DNA from: Dimorphilus gyrociliatus
Lineage: Eukaryota > Animalia > Annelida
Reading direction: 5' to 3'
Length of the DNA: 64,000 nucleotides
Assembly: GCA_904063045.1 (NCBI GenBank)
Contig: CAJFCJ010000012.1
Span: 682,001-746,000 of the forward strand
The number at the start of each line of letters is the position of its first letter. The first letter of the stretch is position 1. The translations under genes were made by a program, and so were the position numbers. Below are positions 61,396 through 64,000 of the stretch, in pieces. The notes beneath the pieces were generated by a model. The model worked only from the letters and a program-made list of their open reading frames with translations. It searched no databases and was not told the DNA's origin.

Positions 61396-64000
61396 AAAAA
61401 AAGCAATAAATTTGACGGCGGGAAAACAATAACTTTTATACTTGTACCAATAAATTCAGAATTATTTTTAAATATATCTGAATATACAGTATTCTGATAT
61501 TCAGTATACATGTTTTGGGAATTTTTGAGGACACTCCTTGTTTACTATTAACAGTGACGGCTATCTTCATATATACTTTAGTGTGAAATTATGATTCTCA
61601 TAAATTTTTTTCAACAAAAATCATCACTTTTACTGATAATTAGAGTGTCAGTTCATTGATCTCTTGAGGTTTATAATATGAGAAAAAACGTGTATTGCAT
61701 TTAAATTTTGCAATTCTTTTATGAAAATTACCTTCAAGTTTATATTATAATTAAATGAGTCTAATGGAAACGGAAGGTTAGTAAGTTCTCATCTCCGATA
61801 TCTGTCAGAGATAAACGTTACTAATAATTATAAATAAGAACCTACTTTTTCTCATTTTAAAACATCTAAATGTTTACAAACAAAATTTTATAAACATAGA
61901 CTAGGCAAAATTTACTAAAGGTTATGCATCATTAGACTTTTATTTAGAGAATGTGAGAATTTTTTATTAGCATATTCTTCTTATATTTTCTTTATAGTTT
62001 TGATATTCTAAATGTATAATTTACAAAATACACGCCAATAAAATTCCTTTACATTTTATATTTGGTAAATCTGTTAGGTTTTGTACTACTCTTGATATTT
62101 ATCCTGTTCTCGTTAAGAGACAAGTGATTTATTCAACACAAAAGTTTCTACATAGTACTGTTAACTTAGTAAGAAGTCTAATTAGCCAACTGAAATAATC
62201 CGATTAAAGTCTCTCTCACCCTCCCTCTATCCACCCTCGTTCTCACTCTCTCACCCTTTTATTCTTTTTCCTTTTCCTTCTCGTCCTTTTTCTAGGCACC
62301 CTTATGTTCCTTTTAATAAAAAGTCTAAATACTCCCCTCTTTAGCAATAAATGAAAAAACTTAAACAAGTGATTAAAATACCATCCAATTTGTTTAATAG
62401 TACAAATATAGTATTTAGTAATTAAAAATAAATGCAATTGGAATATATAAATAAGGTTTTATTAATGAAATCTCTATTATGTCTATCTTTAATCTGATAA
62501 AAACACTTGAGAGTTTTCGTAAACGGTAGAAAGAACTAAGGTGAGCAAGCTTTATTACGAAGAATCTAGCAGTAGAACTTTTATATGAAACAAACCATTA
62601 AAAGATAACACGATTGTTCACTGGACCGTTATTGATGGACTGTAAACTGGCTTAAAGGCAAAAATCTCTACTGATTAAAATCTTATGAAGAAAAAAAAGT
62701 CAAACTAATGTTTAAAGAGAGACAAGGACAGGAAAAGAAGGGAGAAAGTGCAGAGTGAGAGAGAGAGAGAGAGAAGGGTAGAAATACTATGAGGAGACGA
62801 ATAAGTAAAAGTAAAATGAGAGAAAGGAGACATAATTATGGAGCTTTTAATTAAATGTAAATTTATTACTAATTAATTCCTTTCAATAATTTTAATGAAG
62901 TAACTGCTCAAAGAAAACATATTTCAGTGAATGTCTCTAGGAATCATCTACTAAAAATTTTTCGCCTTTGTTTGATAGATTGTTGTATGACAAAAGGCAT
63001 ATGAAGAAAAGAACAACCAAGATTTCTGTTTTCTCGTCTGTTTATCATTTCTCTCCTTGTCCCTCTCCTGTTTGCTTCTTCACTCTCTCTCTCTCTCTCT
63101 ATTCCATTCTTTTATCTCTTGTCCCCTATTTCATTTTGCTCTCAGTCTGTACCCCTGTCCCCTTTTCTATTTTCATCCATTCATTCTATCTTTCTATCAT
63201 TCTGTCAAACGCTATATAAAACTAGAAAAGACCGTTAAATGTACAATTTTTTTCCTTTTCTTTATTTTTTTATGTCTAATTTGGGAGTTTTGGAGTTGTA
63301 AAAGCAGAAGAGAATATTCTTTAAAGCTTTTATATACTAATATATTTGTACTGTATATATGCTATATATATACATACTATTCTAAAAAACTGATATATAG
63401 TTTACTAATACATTTTTATATTTACATATAGGTATACTGTATATATATATATTTGAAATGATGATAACTATTTTATATCTCTCATCAAGACAGTAAAAAG
63501 TAAAAACATTGATTATTTTCTTTCGATACAGGACTAAATGTTACATAGAGTAGAGAGATAGACAAATTGAATTTCCTTTTTCTAGATACCACATATGTAG
63601 AAAAGCTTTTTATACAAAATAAAAGGATGAAATGAAATGAAATGGTTGGGAAAAAAGTATATAAGATTCCTTTTCTGTATTTTTTTCAAGTTTCTCTCTT
63701 CAAGGTAAAATAATTTAGAGGAATACATTCTCTATCCATAATATTATACTATTATACGTAATTTATACATAAAAGTTATAGGAATATATTGAATAATCTT
63801 TCGTAAAATCCTGAATTCTCATAAGCACTTAAAGAGAGAGAGAGAGAGAGAGAGGGGGTGAAGAAGCGGAAAAAGCTTAAATGGAAAAAACAGATAGAAA
63901 CGGTAGTAAGAAAAGAATAGAAGAAATAATAAACAAACTATGTAAAATTACAAATACGAAAGGAAGTAATTCTATTGTAGAAATTTATATAAAAATATCA

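Noticed and set aside
1-64000. Prokaryotic features (CRISPR, operons, GTG/TTG starts in the ORF track), rRNA/tRNA, intact transposase
   Set aside because: The window is spliceosomal eukaryotic DNA. I found no repeat-spacer array, tRNA boxes, rRNA motif or DDE/D transposase ORF by eye.

Overview
This is AT-rich animal genomic DNA with many 50-70 nt spliceosomal introns. The annelid-type FaNaC channel and the compact introns suggest a miniature-genome annelid such as Dimorphilus gyrociliatus; that is inference only. Genes in order: angiomotin-like (+), LRRN-like LRR-Ig-FN3 receptor (-), about 10 kb of non-coding DNA, a disabled tandem F-type lectin gene (+), three tandem Mu-class GSTs (+, all missed by the ORF track because their exons are short), neurabin/PPP1R9 with a SAM domain (-), a one-intron GlyT-like SLC6 transporter (-) head-to-head with DIP2 (+), a small probable SOCS-box orphan (-), a two-CTLD type I membrane lectin (+) and an intronless FaNaC-family channel (-). 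I saw no rRNA, tRNA, CRISPR array or intact transposase. Four signals stand out. (1) DIP2 appears to hide an alternative-splicing programme: a duplicated mutually exclusive exon pair and candidate frame-preserving microexons of 3, 9 and 15 nt, with Rbfox motifs in several of the affected introns. (2) A dispersed TATAC(A/T)GTATA motif matches Tc1/mariner excision footprints, and a 7-nt core copy sits at a frameshift of the lectin pseudogene. (3) CTCF-like motifs lie at gene boundaries in convergent orientation. (4) There are two or three GC-AG introns. All exon structures were assembled by eye from GT/AG sites and reading-frame phase and have no transcript support.
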